DNA of 64,000 bases, from contig JAYWGM010000093.1 in NCBI GenBank assembly GCA_043778225.1, forward strand, positions 1 to 64,000, written 5' to 3'. The notes under the pieces were generated by a model. It ran no database searches. It was not told the DNA's origin and saw only the letters and a list, made by a program, of their open reading frames with translations. Both the position numbers and the translations under genes were made by a program. Shown here piece by piece: positions 50,625-60,294 of the stretch; position 1 is the first letter of the stretch; every line of letters begins with the position of its first letter. The DNA comes from Deinococcales bacterium (GTDB lineage: Bacteria; Deinococcota; Deinococci; Deinococcales; JAAFIG01).

Positions 50625-51833
50625 TTGGCGCAATGCCGACAGCCCCACAACATGACCAAAGACCAGCAGAAAGAATTTATTACCGCCCTCGAAGAACTTG
50701 CAATTTCTCGAGGTATGGACAAAATGGCGCTTGTTAAAGCCTTTGAAGAGGCACTGCAAGACACCTACATGAAACGGGTCGAGCAGGGCAAACGAGTCGA
50801 GGTTTCTTTAGACCCCGACAGTGGTTCGCTCGAGGTCTTAATCATTAAAGAAGTGGTCGAGAAAGTCGAAGACGAAAACACCCAGATTTCCTTAGCCGAT
50901 GCGCTCGAGTTAGACAGCGATGTCGAATTGGGTATGGAGATGGAATTTCCAGTGCCGCCCGAAAACTTTAGCCGTATTGCACTGCAAAACGCTAAACAAG
51001 TTTTAACCCAAAAAATGCGTGAAGCTGAGCGCAGTGTGGTTTATAACGAGTACAAAGACCGCGAAGGCGAAGTCTTGACCGCCAGTGTGGCAAGGGTAGA
51101 CAACAAGGGCAATATCTTTGTTGAACTTGGGCGCGGCGAAGCGATTATGCCACCCAAAGAGCAAATTCCCGGCGAGCGCTTGGTCGGTGGAGCGCGTACT
51201 AAAATTTACCTTAAAGAAGTCGCCATGACCAACCGTGGTCCAAGTATTTTGGCTTCGCGTGGTGCGCCTGAACTGCTGATGCACCTTTTGCGCCAAGAAG
51301 TGCCAGAAGTTGCCGATGGCACAGTCGAAGTCAAAGCGATTGCTCGAGAAGCTGGTCAACGTTCTAAAATTGCCGTCAGCAGCCGCAACAGCAATGTTGA
51401 CCCAATTGGAGCGTGTATCGGACACCGTGGCAACCGAATCCAAGCTGTGACCGCCGAAATTGGGCGCGAGCGGGTGGATGTGATTCAGTACGACACCAAT
51501 GCTCGAGAGTTTATTAAAAATGCACTTTCTCCAGCCAAAGTTGGCAACATCGAAATAGACACCGAGACCAAAGAAGCCCGTGTAACCGTGACTGCCGACC
51601 AATTGTCCTTAGCCATCGGTAAGGGTGGTCAGAATGTGCGTTTAGCCGCCAAGCTGACTGGTTACAAAATAGATTTACAAGAAACCGCCAATGTTTCTGA
51701 CCTCGATGCCGCCATGGAAAAAGCCTCCCAAGATGGTGCAAAAGGCGGCTCTGGCGCTCGAGACCGCTTTGCGGCGCTTTTTAGTGCCAGTCCAGACGGC
51801 GAAATCAAAGACTCGAGAGAGGTTAAAGGCTAA
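50625..51833 (+). CDS. nusA: Transcription factor NusA
   Basis: S1 and KH domains; 'AREAGQRSKIAV', 'GACIG', 'AIGKGGQNVRLAAKLTG'. Confidence 0.97.
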   Translation: MAQCRQPHNMTKDQQKEFITALEELAISRGMDKMALVKAFEEALQDTYMKRVEQGKRVEVSLDPDSGSLEVLIIKEVVEKVEDENTQISLADALELDSDVELGMEMEFPVPPENFSRIALQNAKQVLTQKMREAERSVVYNEYKDREGEVLTASVARVDNKGNIFVELGRGEAIMPPKEQIPGERLVGGARTKIYLKEVAMTNRGPSILASRGAPELLMHLLRQEVPEVADGTVEVKAIAREAGQRSKIAVSSRNSNVDPIGACIGHRGNRIQAVTAEIGRERVDVIQYDTNAREFIKNALSPAKVGNIEIDTETKEARVTVTADQLSLAIGKGGQNVRLAAKLTGYKIDLQETANVSDLDAAMEKASQDGAKGGSGARDRFAALFSASPDGEIKDSREVKG

Positions 51834-51927
51834 GGGCGGGTAAAAAGGCAAAAAGGTGAAAAGGGAAAAAGTAAGTCCTTCAAACCTTTTAACCTTTTAA
51901 CCCTTTGACCTTTTCACCCGAGTTCCT

Positions 51928-52215
51928 ATGAAACCGCCTCGCGCTGCCCACACCCAATACACTGAATCTGGAGAACGCATCCCGATTCGCACCTGTGTGG
52001 TTTGTCGCGCTCGTTTGCCACAAGTTGCGGTGTTGCGCCTTGGTAAAGACCCAAGTGGCAGTTGGCAGCTTGACCCACGGCGGCGCATGGTCGGGCGCGG
52101 TGTCTATGTTTGCCCGAGTGCAACTTGCCAGACACCCAAAGCCCTGATGCGCCTTTCTCGAGCCGATGCCGCCCGCTTGGCAGCCGAACTCGAGATTCAC
52201 TCTAAGCCCTTATGA
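51928..52215 (+). CDS. ylxR: YlxR/DUF448 RNA-binding protein
   Basis: 'PIRTCVVCR...LRL...GRGVYVC...C'; conserved position between nusA and infB. Confidence 0.9.
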   Translation: MKPPRAAHTQYTESGERIPIRTCVVCRARLPQVAVLRLGKDPSGSWQLDPRRRMVGRGVYVCPSATCQTPKALMRLSRADAARLAAELEIHSKPL

Positions 52216-52404
52216 AGAACATTTAGGTCTGTTACCTGACCTCGAGAATCCCATGAGAAACTAATCTTTTTTGCAGGAAAAAAGCGAAAAGCGAAAAAAC
52301 CAAAAGTGACAGCACTTTTAACCTTCTTGACCATAAACATGCACCTATCGGGCATGGTCGCTTTTAACCCTTTGACCTTTTAACCCTGACCCTCCGGAGG
52401 AACT

Positions 52405-54162
52405 ATGTCCAAAATTCGCATTTTCGCGCTTGCCAAAGACTTAAACGTAGACAGTAAGCGAATGCTCGAGATTCTGCACGAAATGGGTGTGGATGCCAAA
52501 ACCGCCTCGAGTACCATTGATGATGAAACCGCAGAACTGGTTAAGCAATTGATTGCCGACGAAAATAAACCTGTTCCAGAACCGGTTGTGGTCGTCGAGC
52601 CAGTTATTCAAAAAGAAATCCCGCATCGTCCGCCGGTCGTAACCATCATGGGACACGTAGACCACGGCAAAACCAGTTTATTGGATTATATTCGTAAAAC
52701 CAAAGTTGCCGAAAAAGAAGCTGGTGGTATCACTCAGCACGTTGGTGCATTTGAAGCGATTACCTCGGGTGGCAAGGTTGTTTTTATTGACACCCCCGGT
52801 CACGAGGCGTTTACCAGCATCCGCGCTCGAGGTGCAAGTGTAGCGGACGTTGCCGTGATCGTGATTGCCGCTTCTGAAAGCCTGATGCCGCAAACCCGCG
52901 AAGCAATTGCCCACGCCAAAGCCGCCAAAGTGCCGATTATTGTGGCAATCAACAAAATAGACCTGCCAAACGCCAATGTGGATAAAGTCATGACCGACTT
53001 AATGCAGGTTGAGCTTGTGCCAGAAGCCTTTGGTGGCGAAACGATTGCTGTGCCAATCAGCGCCCGTACTGGCGAAGGTGTGGACAAACTCCTCGAGAAT
53101 ATTTTGCTTTTAGCCGAACTCGAGGATTTACGTGCCGACCCAGACGGCGAATTTAAGGGCGTGATTATCGAAGCCAAAGTGGACAAACAAGCCGGTGTGC
53201 TGGCAACCGTGCTGGTTCAAGCGGGTACACTCGAGGTTTCAGATTTTGTTGTGGTAGACGAACTTTATGGTAAAATTCGTGCCATGACCGATGGCTTTGG
53301 CGAACGGGTCAATGCCGCCACGCCCGGTACAGCCGTGCAGATTTTGGGCTTTAGCGAAACCCCAGTGGCTGGCGAATTGGTGGCTCGAGCTAAAAACGAA
53401 CACCAAGCCCGAGAAATCATCGAAAGCACCAAGCAAAAACGGGTGGACACCGCCAGTGCCAAGGCGGCTGCCAAGCGCTTACAAAGCCAAAGTGCAGCCA
53501 TGTCGCTTGAGCAGTTGCTCGGTAAACCCGGCGAGATTCCACTCGAGAAGCGGGTCGTGACCTTGGTGGTTCGTGCTGACACCCAAGGCTCACTCGAGGC
53601 GTTAAACGGCATTCTGGCTCGAGAAAACAAAGCCGATGTTGAGGTCAATGTGCTGCTGGCTGGGATTGGTGCGCCAACCGAAGGCGATGTGCTGCTTGCC
53701 AGTACCGCCGAAGGTGCAAAAATCATGTGCTTTAGCGTTGTACCATCGGGCGGGGTCAAGAAAATGGCAGACCTGAAAAAAGTCGAAATCAAGACTTACC
53801 GCATTATTTATGAACTCATCGAAGATGTCCAAAAAATGATTCGTGGCACAATCGAACCCGTTTTCGAGGAGCGCCTGATTGGTAAAGCCGAAGTCCGCAT
53901 GATTATTAAAGTGCCAAAAGCTGGCGGCAACATTGCGGGTTCGTATGTTCTCGAGGGCAAGCTGATGCGAAATGGCAAAGCCAAAGTGATACGTGCCAAA
54001 AAAGAAATCTGGAAAGGCACAATTGCTGGGCTTAAACGCTTCAAAGACGATGTGCGCGAAGTGCTGCAAGGCTACGAATGCGGCATTAACCTAAACGGCT
54101 TTGATGAATTTGAACCGGGCGATATGATTGAAGTTTCGGAAGTGGTCGAAGTCAACGCTTAG
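52405..54162 (+). CDS. infB: Translation initiation factor IF-2 (short form)
   Basis: RPPVVTIMGHVDHGKT, GGITQH, DTPGH, NKID motifs. Confidence 0.98.
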   Translation: MSKIRIFALAKDLNVDSKRMLEILHEMGVDAKTASSTIDDETAELVKQLIADENKPVPEPVVVVEPVIQKEIPHRPPVVTIMGHVDHGKTSLLDYIRKTKVAEKEAGGITQHVGAFEAITSGGKVVFIDTPGHEAFTSIRARGASVADVAVIVIAASESLMPQTREAIAHAKAAKVPIIVAINKIDLPNANVDKVMTDLMQVELVPEAFGGETIAVPISARTGEGVDKLLENILLLAELEDLRADPDGEFKGVIIEAKVDKQAGVLATVLVQAGTLEVSDFVVVDELYGKIRAMTDGFGERVNAATPGTAVQILGFSETPVAGELVARAKNEHQAREIIESTKQKRVDTASAKAAAKRLQSQSAAMSLEQLLGKPGEIPLEKRVVTLVVRADTQGSLEALNGILARENKADVEVNVLLAGIGAPTEGDVLLASTAEGAKIMCFSVVPSGGVKKMADLKKVEIKTYRIIYELIEDVQKMIRGTIEPVFEERLIGKAEVRMIIKVPKAGGNIAGSYVLEGKLMRNGKAKVIRAKKEIWKGTIAGLKRFKDDVREVLQGYECGINLNGFDEFEPGDMIEVSEVVEVNA

Positions 54163-54231
54163 GAACACTAGAGAAAGAGAAAAGAGGAAGGAGAAAAGAG
54201 GAAAAATGCAGGATGTGTCGTTTTTCTCTTT

Positions 54232-54774
54232 TCACTTTTCTCTGCTCTTCCAAACACCAGACTCGAGAACCAAGTGAGTCATCAAAACATCATGCGTCTC
54301 GAGCGGTAAAGACTCGAGAATAAAATCTGCTCGAGTGACACCAAGCAAGGCACAGTCGGGGCGCAGTTGTGGCAACAGGCGGTCATAGAAACCACCGCCG
54401 TAGCCCAAGCGCCCGCCGGCTCGAGTAAATGCCAGACCGGGAATCAGAGCAACGTCCACCAAGGTTGGAGTAACGATAGGGGTATCATCTGGTGGCTCGA
54501 GAATGCCGTATTTGTTGGGCGTGGTTGCCAGTGCAAAATCGTGTAGGGTTAGGCTTTTTTGCCAGACTCGGGTGGTTAAAAAACGGATTTGCGGTAACTG
54601 CTCGATTAGACTGCCGAGCGAAATTTCTGAACCAAACGCCTGATACGCCAAAATAGTTTTTGCCCCAGATGCCTCGAGCCACGGCAAAAGCACAACACAG
54701 ATTTGACTCGAGACATCAGGCAGTACATCGCGTTTGGCGCGTTGCTCGAGCCGCAGTTGTGATTTAGCGACCAT
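54232..54774 (-). CDS. 5-formyltetrahydrofolate cyclo-ligase
   Basis: 'GILEP...IPGLAF...G.RLGYGGGFYDRLL...HDV.M'. Confidence 0.92.
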   Translation of the reverse strand: MVAKSQLRLEQRAKRDVLPDVSSQICVVLLPWLEASGAKTILAYQAFGSEISLGSLIEQLPQIRFLTTRVWQKSLTLHDFALATTPNKYGILEPPDDTPIVTPTLVDVALIPGLAFTRAGGRLGYGGGFYDRLLPQLRPDCALLGVTRADFILESLPLETHDVLMTHLVLESGVWKSREK

Positions 54775-54776
54775 GG

Positions 54777-54911
54777 TTAGAGTAAGGCAAGGGTTTTCAG
54801 CAATTTACTATCGCGTTTAACCTGTTGGTCAATTAAACGATCCATAGCTTCCCAAGTCATTTCTTTGACTCGAGGTTCTTTGGTTTTTTGCGTATTTGAC
54901 TTGACTTTCAT
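54777..54911 (-). CDS. Small 44-aa protein not in the ORF track
   Basis: MKVKSNTQKTKEPRVKEMTWEAMDRLIDQQVKRDSKLLKTLALL; TAGAAT 6 nt before ATG; stop 2 nt before the next ATG. Confidence 0.6.
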   Translation of the reverse strand: MKVKSNTQKTKEPRVKEMTWEAMDRLIDQQVKRDSKLLKTLALL

Positions 54912-54997
54912 GTTGTAATTCTAGCACTCAAGCCTAAAAAATTAAATGACACAACTGGCTTATCGCTGCCACATCTCAAAACCATTAAAATAGCGCC

Positions 54998-55675
54998 ATG
55001 AACATTCTGATTACTGGGGCATCAAAAGGCTTAGGCGAAAGTTTTGCGCGTCATTTAGGGCGCGAAGGCGATACGCTTTGGCTGGTCTCGAGAAGCCGCC
55101 CAAGCACCCTAGACCAGACCGACGGTATTGCAAGGCATTGGCTCGAGGCAGACCTAACCGCCACGGGTGTACACCAAAACATCGCGTCTCGAGTCCCCGC
55201 GCTCGATGTTTTGATTCACAATGCCGCCACTTGGGAGAGCATGGCTTTTTCGCATCAGTTTGATTTTTTGGCTGTGCCAGAAGTCGAGACCCGAGCGATT
55301 ATTGAACTGAATTTAACCGCGCCAATTTTATTAACCCAAGCGCTTTTACCAGTTCTAAAAACCTCGAGCAACCCCAAAATTATTTTGATTGGCAGCATCA
55401 ATGGACTCGAGAATTCTGGAATGCCCGAAGTGGCTTACAACGCCACAAAATTTGGTTTGCGTGGCATGGCTCATGCGCTGCGCGAAACGCTTCGCGCCGA
55501 CCGCATTGGAGTCAGCATCATCAACCCCGGCAGCATTGGTTGGGATGGCACAGCCCAAGATTTTTTGATTCCACCGATGGATATTGTCAACCTGACCCGC
55601 ACGATTCTCGAGTCGAGCCGCTTTGGTGTGATTAAAGAAATTGATATGCCCGCGATGATGGATATGCAGGTTTAG
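54998..55675 (+). CDS. Short-chain dehydrogenase/reductase
   Basis: TGASKGLG, HNA, YNATK motifs. Confidence 0.93.
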   Translation: MNILITGASKGLGESFARHLGREGDTLWLVSRSRPSTLDQTDGIARHWLEADLTATGVHQNIASRVPALDVLIHNAATWESMAFSHQFDFLAVPEVETRAIIELNLTAPILLTQALLPVLKTSSNPKIILIGSINGLENSGMPEVAYNATKFGLRGMAHALRETLRADRIGVSIINPGSIGWDGTAQDFLIPPMDIVNLTRTILESSRFGVIKEIDMPAMMDMQV

Positions 55676-55700
55676 ACGCGGCTGGCTTATACTGTTGCAC

Positions 55701-58700
55701 ATGGATTCTACCGCGATTCGAGTTGCCTTGCAGCAGCTTTCGGCAACCCTCGGAACTCGTAATCCGACCGAAGACGACGTAGAAAAAAGTTTTGTTGGGA
55801 TTTACCACGCCCTTGGTTACGCCGTATCTGGACGTGATTACCGAAATAAAACCAGAGACGCTTCGGGGATTCCAGATGTCCTGCTGCACAATTCAGACCG
55901 TTCGATTCAAGTGATTGTTGAACTTAAAAAACCAAGCGAAAACTTAGAACAGCACACCGCACAATTAGCCAATTACTTAAAATCTTTGCGCGAAGCTCGT
56001 TGGGGCTTACTGTCGAACGGCAAAAGCTGGCGAGCCTATCAGCGCGATGGTCAGAGCATCGATTTGGTTTGGGAATGCAGCCTCGAGCAACTGATAACCG
56101 ATGCAACTTTGCTCGAGGCGTTTGCACGGCAACAAATCGAAGTGACTGATTACCAGCAAATTGCAGAGCGCCTAAGCCACGCCAACCGTGAAGGACTAGC
56201 GCCACAGGGCTTAAACGACTTAGCAACCGAAGAATTTTTATTTACTTTTAGCCTCAAAGAAGGCAGCCCCTTTGCCGCCTTGGTCGGTGCAACCCAAGAT
56301 TTACTGACTGGACTCGAGCGGGATTCAGATTTTGTGCGCGGTGCATACGATTTTTGGAAAAAAGTTTACGCTCGAGAAATCGCCACCGATGCTATTCCTA
56401 AGCTCTGGTTAGCAAGTAAACTAACCATCAGCGCCACGAAAGAAGGTTTATTTGCGTTTTCCTATGCCTTAGAAACTGCGTATACCCTCACCGCCCGTTT
56501 AATTCTAGCCAAAGCAATTCAGGATAAAGACGTAAACCACACGGTGATTCAGACCAACCTTGCCGAGCGTTTACTCGAACACCTAAAAAGTAAGCGCAAT
56601 CTTCGCACTAATTTGCTCGAGCCAGAAAGTTACCTCGAGGCGACCGAAGATTTATTTGATGATTATGCCCGAACCCTGTTTACCAGCATTTATGCCAAAG
56701 ACATTTTTGATTGGTGGCGCGATTATGGTCTGGCAGCCGCCGCGCCGCGTTTAGCCTTTGCTCGAGCCGTGGCTGACCTTGAAATTGCCTTGTTGCGCTT
56801 TGACTTCAAGACGCTTGAGGGGGATTTATTGGGCGAGATGTACCAGCGCTATTTTGACCCCGAAACCCGCAAAGCGCTTGGCGAATTTTATACGCCTAAA
56901 GCCGTGGTGGACTTTATTCTCGATGAAGTTGGTTACGACGGCAACGGCGCGTTGCTCGACCCTGCCACGGGCAGCGGCACGTTTATTGTCAGTGCTTTGC
57001 GGCGTTACTTGCGCTTAAACGCCAACAAAGACCCGGTGCAAACCTTGCGCGGTATCACCGAAGAATTTAAGTTGGTGGCTTTGGATGTCAACCCGTTTGC
57101 GGTGATTATGGCGCAAATTGGTTTTGCCTCCGAATTGTTGCCACTGTACAGTAAGGCAATTCAAAAGGATAAAAATTTTGTGCTGCGCCGCCTACCGATT
57201 ATTCGTACCGATTCGCTGCGCCAAGAAATTATTGAAGGCGAGCAACTGGCAAAAGATGGGCAGCTTGGCTTTGCTTTTGAAGAGCGCGAAATAAAAGCCA
57301 AACTCGAGCTACCCGTTAAAATCGGCACAGAATTCTTGAGTGTCGAAGTGACTTTTCCGCGTTTAGAAACCGCCAAAAACGATGGTGTGGTCAGCAATGT
57401 GCGCCAGTGGCTACAAGCATTGCAAAGTGTTTTTGCGGCAGTCGAGGTACTGAGCCAAGCCATAGATAAAAATAAAAAACCACCCAAACTCGAGACCGAA
57501 CTCAAGCACCAACTGGCAATTTTGCACAGCCAAACCAAAGAATTGCTTAACTACTTATTGCCCTACGCCCAAAAAGTCTGGGAGACGCTGCTGGACTTAA
57601 AAACAAACCATGGCGACGGCAGGTTCTTAAAGACTTTAGAAGATTTAATGCTCGGCTTGGTCTTAAAGCACTATATGCGTTACAGCTTTGTGGTCGGCAA
57701 CCCGCCGTATGTTCGGGTGCAGAATATCCCCGAGTTCCAGCGCCGTTATTGGGAAAAAAATTATGCGTGGGTCGAAAAAAACTTTGATATTTTTATTCCA
57801 TTTATCGAACGCGCTCTACACGGCAACAAAAACCGTACTTCGGAAGAATCTTGTTGGCTCGAGGAAGGCGGACGGATGGGTTTTATTGTGCCAAACCGTT
57901 TTAGTAATGTCGAGTACGCCAGCACCTTCCGCGCCCAGTTACCCAGCAGCGCCACAATTTTAAGCATTACCGATTTTAAGGCGATTAAATTTAAGCCACC
58001 ACACGCCAGCAAAGCCGAAAGTATTTTTGCCGAAGCCAGTGTCTACCCCGCGATTCTGATTGCCGAAAATACAATTCCGACCGCCGAGTACCATTTTCGA
58101 GCCACCAGAATGTACCCAGTCCAAGCCACAATTACTCCAACCGAAGCCTTAAAAGCGATTCGCAACGCCAACCTCAGCCCAAGTGCCAACCGCGCCGCCC
58201 TGATGGCAGGAGGACAAGAATACGCTGATGTTTTTTTGCAAAGCAGCCAGCATTTAAGCGCCAACGGCTGGTTTTTAATGCCCAGCAGCGAACGAACTGT
58301 ATTTCATAAGCTCCAAGCAATTGCCCAAAGCCTAGACAGCAACTTGCCAAAAAACACCGACCAAAAAAGGCGCTTAGAAAATTACACCACAACCTCGAGC
58401 GGTGGATTTCAGGGAATTGCCACAGGTTTAGATGATGTATTTGTACTTAAAGAACTCGAGCGAGACGATAAAAACGGTTTAATTCTGGTTTACCCCAAAG
58501 GCGGCACACCCGCCGATGCAGTTTGGCTCGAGCAAGAAGTTTTGCGCCCATTTTTGTTTGGGCGCGATGTGCAACGCTGGAATGTTGGTTGGGATAAATG
58601 GTGGGTGATTTTCCCGTATTTCCGCCACGAAGATAGGTTACTTTTGTTGCCCTGCACTGATTATTGGGAGTTTGAAATTACAACTGGAAAAGGTAAAACT

Positions 58701-59720
58701 GCCAAACCGCGCCGCATATTTGACCCCGAAAAGTACCCAGAACCAAGCCCAATGTTAGACAAAAATTTCCCCAAACTTTGGGCATATCTCAAGAATCATG
58801 AAACGGCTTTACGCGCTCGAGAAAAAGGACGTTATAAAGTTGGAGAAGAAGAATGGCGTTGGTACGATTTGGCTCGTCCACAAAGTTTGGAGTATTTTGA
58901 ACCAGAAAAAATAGTTTTACAAGTCACTTCAAACCGCTCTAATTTCTGTTTTGACTTTGGCAAACACTTTTTTGCGGCTGGTGGTACTTCTGGAGTTTAC
59001 GGATTGAGCCTGACCTCGAGCCTCGACGTAAAATCAATGGCTGGGTTTCTAAATTCCCACGTTTATGACTTTAGAATTAAGCAAACGGCTTCTATGTTTG
59101 GAAGTGGTTATTATTCATATGGCGACCAATTTATTCGAGACCTACCGATTCCTGACGTTTCAAAAAAAGACCAAGCCACCATTGGCAAATTCTCTGAATC
59201 CCTAACCACCAAGGCAGCTTTGGCTCGAGCTTTGGCGCTGGATATTTTGGCTTTCCCAGACAGTGTACACCGCCAAAAACGCAGCGCGGGCAAACTCCCC
59301 GACCTTGAAAGTTTGGAGCAACTCCTGACCACCCAAAGCCTGAGTGCCGAAATCGCGTGGGATAAAAATGCCACGCTAAACCAAGATTTGCTGGGCGAAT
59401 GGGTTTTGAGTCTGCCGCGTGGCAAAAGTGCCAGCACCGAGTTTCGTAGTCAAAACAAAACCTTGCTCGAGTTGGTGCAAGTTATTCTCGAGCAGCGCAA
59501 GAAAATAAGTCGGACGGCATTGCTGGAATTGCGCCTACCAGAACGTCAAACTGCTCAGGCACAATACCTCGAGATGCTGCGAACTTGGCAAAGCGAGCTT
59601 GTGCAGACTCGGCAGGAAATAATAGAACTCGAGGGTAAACTCAACGACCTTGTGTACAGTGTTTTTGGACTGAGCAGCCAAGACCGCAAGACCATAGAAG
59701 CCTTCTTAGAACGGTTTTAA
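55701..59720 (+). CDS. Fused restriction-modification enzyme (type IIG / Eco57I-like): nuclease + N6-adenine MTase + TRD
   Basis: N-terminal PD...ELK; GEFYTP, LDPATGSGTF, GNPPY; TaqI-like C-terminal region; coiled-coil tail. Confidence 0.88.
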   Translation: MDSTAIRVALQQLSATLGTRNPTEDDVEKSFVGIYHALGYAVSGRDYRNKTRDASGIPDVLLHNSDRSIQVIVELKKPSENLEQHTAQLANYLKSLREARWGLLSNGKSWRAYQRDGQSIDLVWECSLEQLITDATLLEAFARQQIEVTDYQQIAERLSHANREGLAPQGLNDLATEEFLFTFSLKEGSPFAALVGATQDLLTGLERDSDFVRGAYDFWKKVYAREIATDAIPKLWLASKLTISATKEGLFAFSYALETAYTLTARLILAKAIQDKDVNHTVIQTNLAERLLEHLKSKRNLRTNLLEPESYLEATEDLFDDYARTLFTSIYAKDIFDWWRDYGLAAAAPRLAFARAVADLEIALLRFDFKTLEGDLLGEMYQRYFDPETRKALGEFYTPKAVVDFILDEVGYDGNGALLDPATGSGTFIVSALRRYLRLNANKDPVQTLRGITEEFKLVALDVNPFAVIMAQIGFASELLPLYSKAIQKDKNFVLRRLPIIRTDSLRQEIIEGEQLAKDGQLGFAFEEREIKAKLELPVKIGTEFLSVEVTFPRLETAKNDGVVSNVRQWLQALQSVFAAVEVLSQAIDKNKKPPKLETELKHQLAILHSQTKELLNYLLPYAQKVWETLLDLKTNHGDGRFLKTLEDLMLGLVLKHYMRYSFVVGNPPYVRVQNIPEFQRRYWEKNYAWVEKNFDIFIPFIERALHGNKNRTSEESCWLEEGGRMGFIVPNRFSNVEYASTFRAQLPSSATILSITDFKAIKFKPPHASKAESIFAEASVYPAILIAENTIPTAEYHFRATRMYPVQATITPTEALKAIRNANLSPSANRAALMAGGQEYADVFLQSSQHLSANGWFLMPSSERTVFHKLQAIAQSLDSNLPKNTDQKRRLENYTTTSSGGFQGIATGLDDVFVLKELERDDKNGLILVYPKGGTPADAVWLEQEVLRPFLFGRDVQRWNVGWDKWWVIFPYFRHEDRLLLLPCTDYWEFEITTGKGKTAKPRRIFDPEKYPEPSPMLDKNFPKLWAYLKNHETALRAREKGRYKVGEEEWRWYDLARPQSLEYFEPEKIVLQVTSNRSNFCFDFGKHFFAAGGTSGVYGLSLTSSLDVKSMAGFLNSHVYDFRIKQTASMFGSGYYSYGDQFIRDLPIPDVSKKDQATIGKFSESLTTKAALARALALDILAFPDSVHRQKRSAGKLPDLESLEQLLTTQSLSAEIAWDKNATLNQDLLGEWVLSLPRGKSASTEFRSQNKTLLELVQVILEQRKKISRTALLELRLPERQTAQAQYLEMLRTWQSELVQTRQEIIELEGKLNDLVYSVFGLSSQDRKTIEAFLERF

Positions 59721-59741
59721 TAACTGTGCTAGACTTTTGTT

Positions 59742-59951
59742 ATGACCCAAGTTCTGCAACAAGCCTTTGATTCGCTGCAAACACTGCCCGAAGCACAACA
59801 GCACGAAATTGCACTGCGTTTACTCGAGGAAATCGAAGAGGCAAAATGGCAGGCTTCATTTGCACGTTCTGAATCATTTTTACTGGCGATGTCAGAAAAA
59901 GTCAGGGCTGAACGACGTGCAGGGGCAACACTACCTATTGAGTGCGAATGA
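59742..59951 (+). CDS. Putative antitoxin
   Basis: 69-aa acidic protein 'LPEAQQHEIA..LLEEIEEAKWQASF' of a type usually found before RelE/ParE-like toxins. Confidence 0.75.
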   Translation: MTQVLQQAFDSLQTLPEAQQHEIALRLLEEIEEAKWQASFARSESFLLAMSEKVRAERRAGATLPIECE

Positions 59952-60218
59952 CTTGGAGATACAACCACGGATTTTTGGAAAGCCTACCGAGCTTTACCTG
60001 TCCAAGTTCGGGAACAAGCGCAGGCTGCTTATCAGTTATTTTGTCTGAATCCTCGGCATCCAAGTTTGCATTTTAAGTGCGTGAACGAGAAGAGTTTGAC
60101 CTATTCGGCTCGAGTTGGATTGGGTCATCGGGCTGTGGGTTTGCTCGAAGATGATGTTATGACTTGGTGGTGGATTGGGACTCATGCAGATTACGATCGA
60201 CTTTTGCGGATGCTTTAA
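59948..60218 (+). pseudogene. RelE/ParE-like toxin with an apparent +1 frameshift just after its ATG
   Basis: Frame from 59961 reads TTTDFWKAYRALP...AYQLF..NPRHPSLHFK...SARVG..HRAVG...WWWIGTHADYDRL, but ATG 59948 is in another frame. Confidence 0.75.
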
Positions 60219-60294
60219 GTACGTTTAAACCCGAGCTAAACCAACATCAGCTTTTCCTCAGCCTCCCCTCAGCCGAGCGGTTTGAAATATCTTT

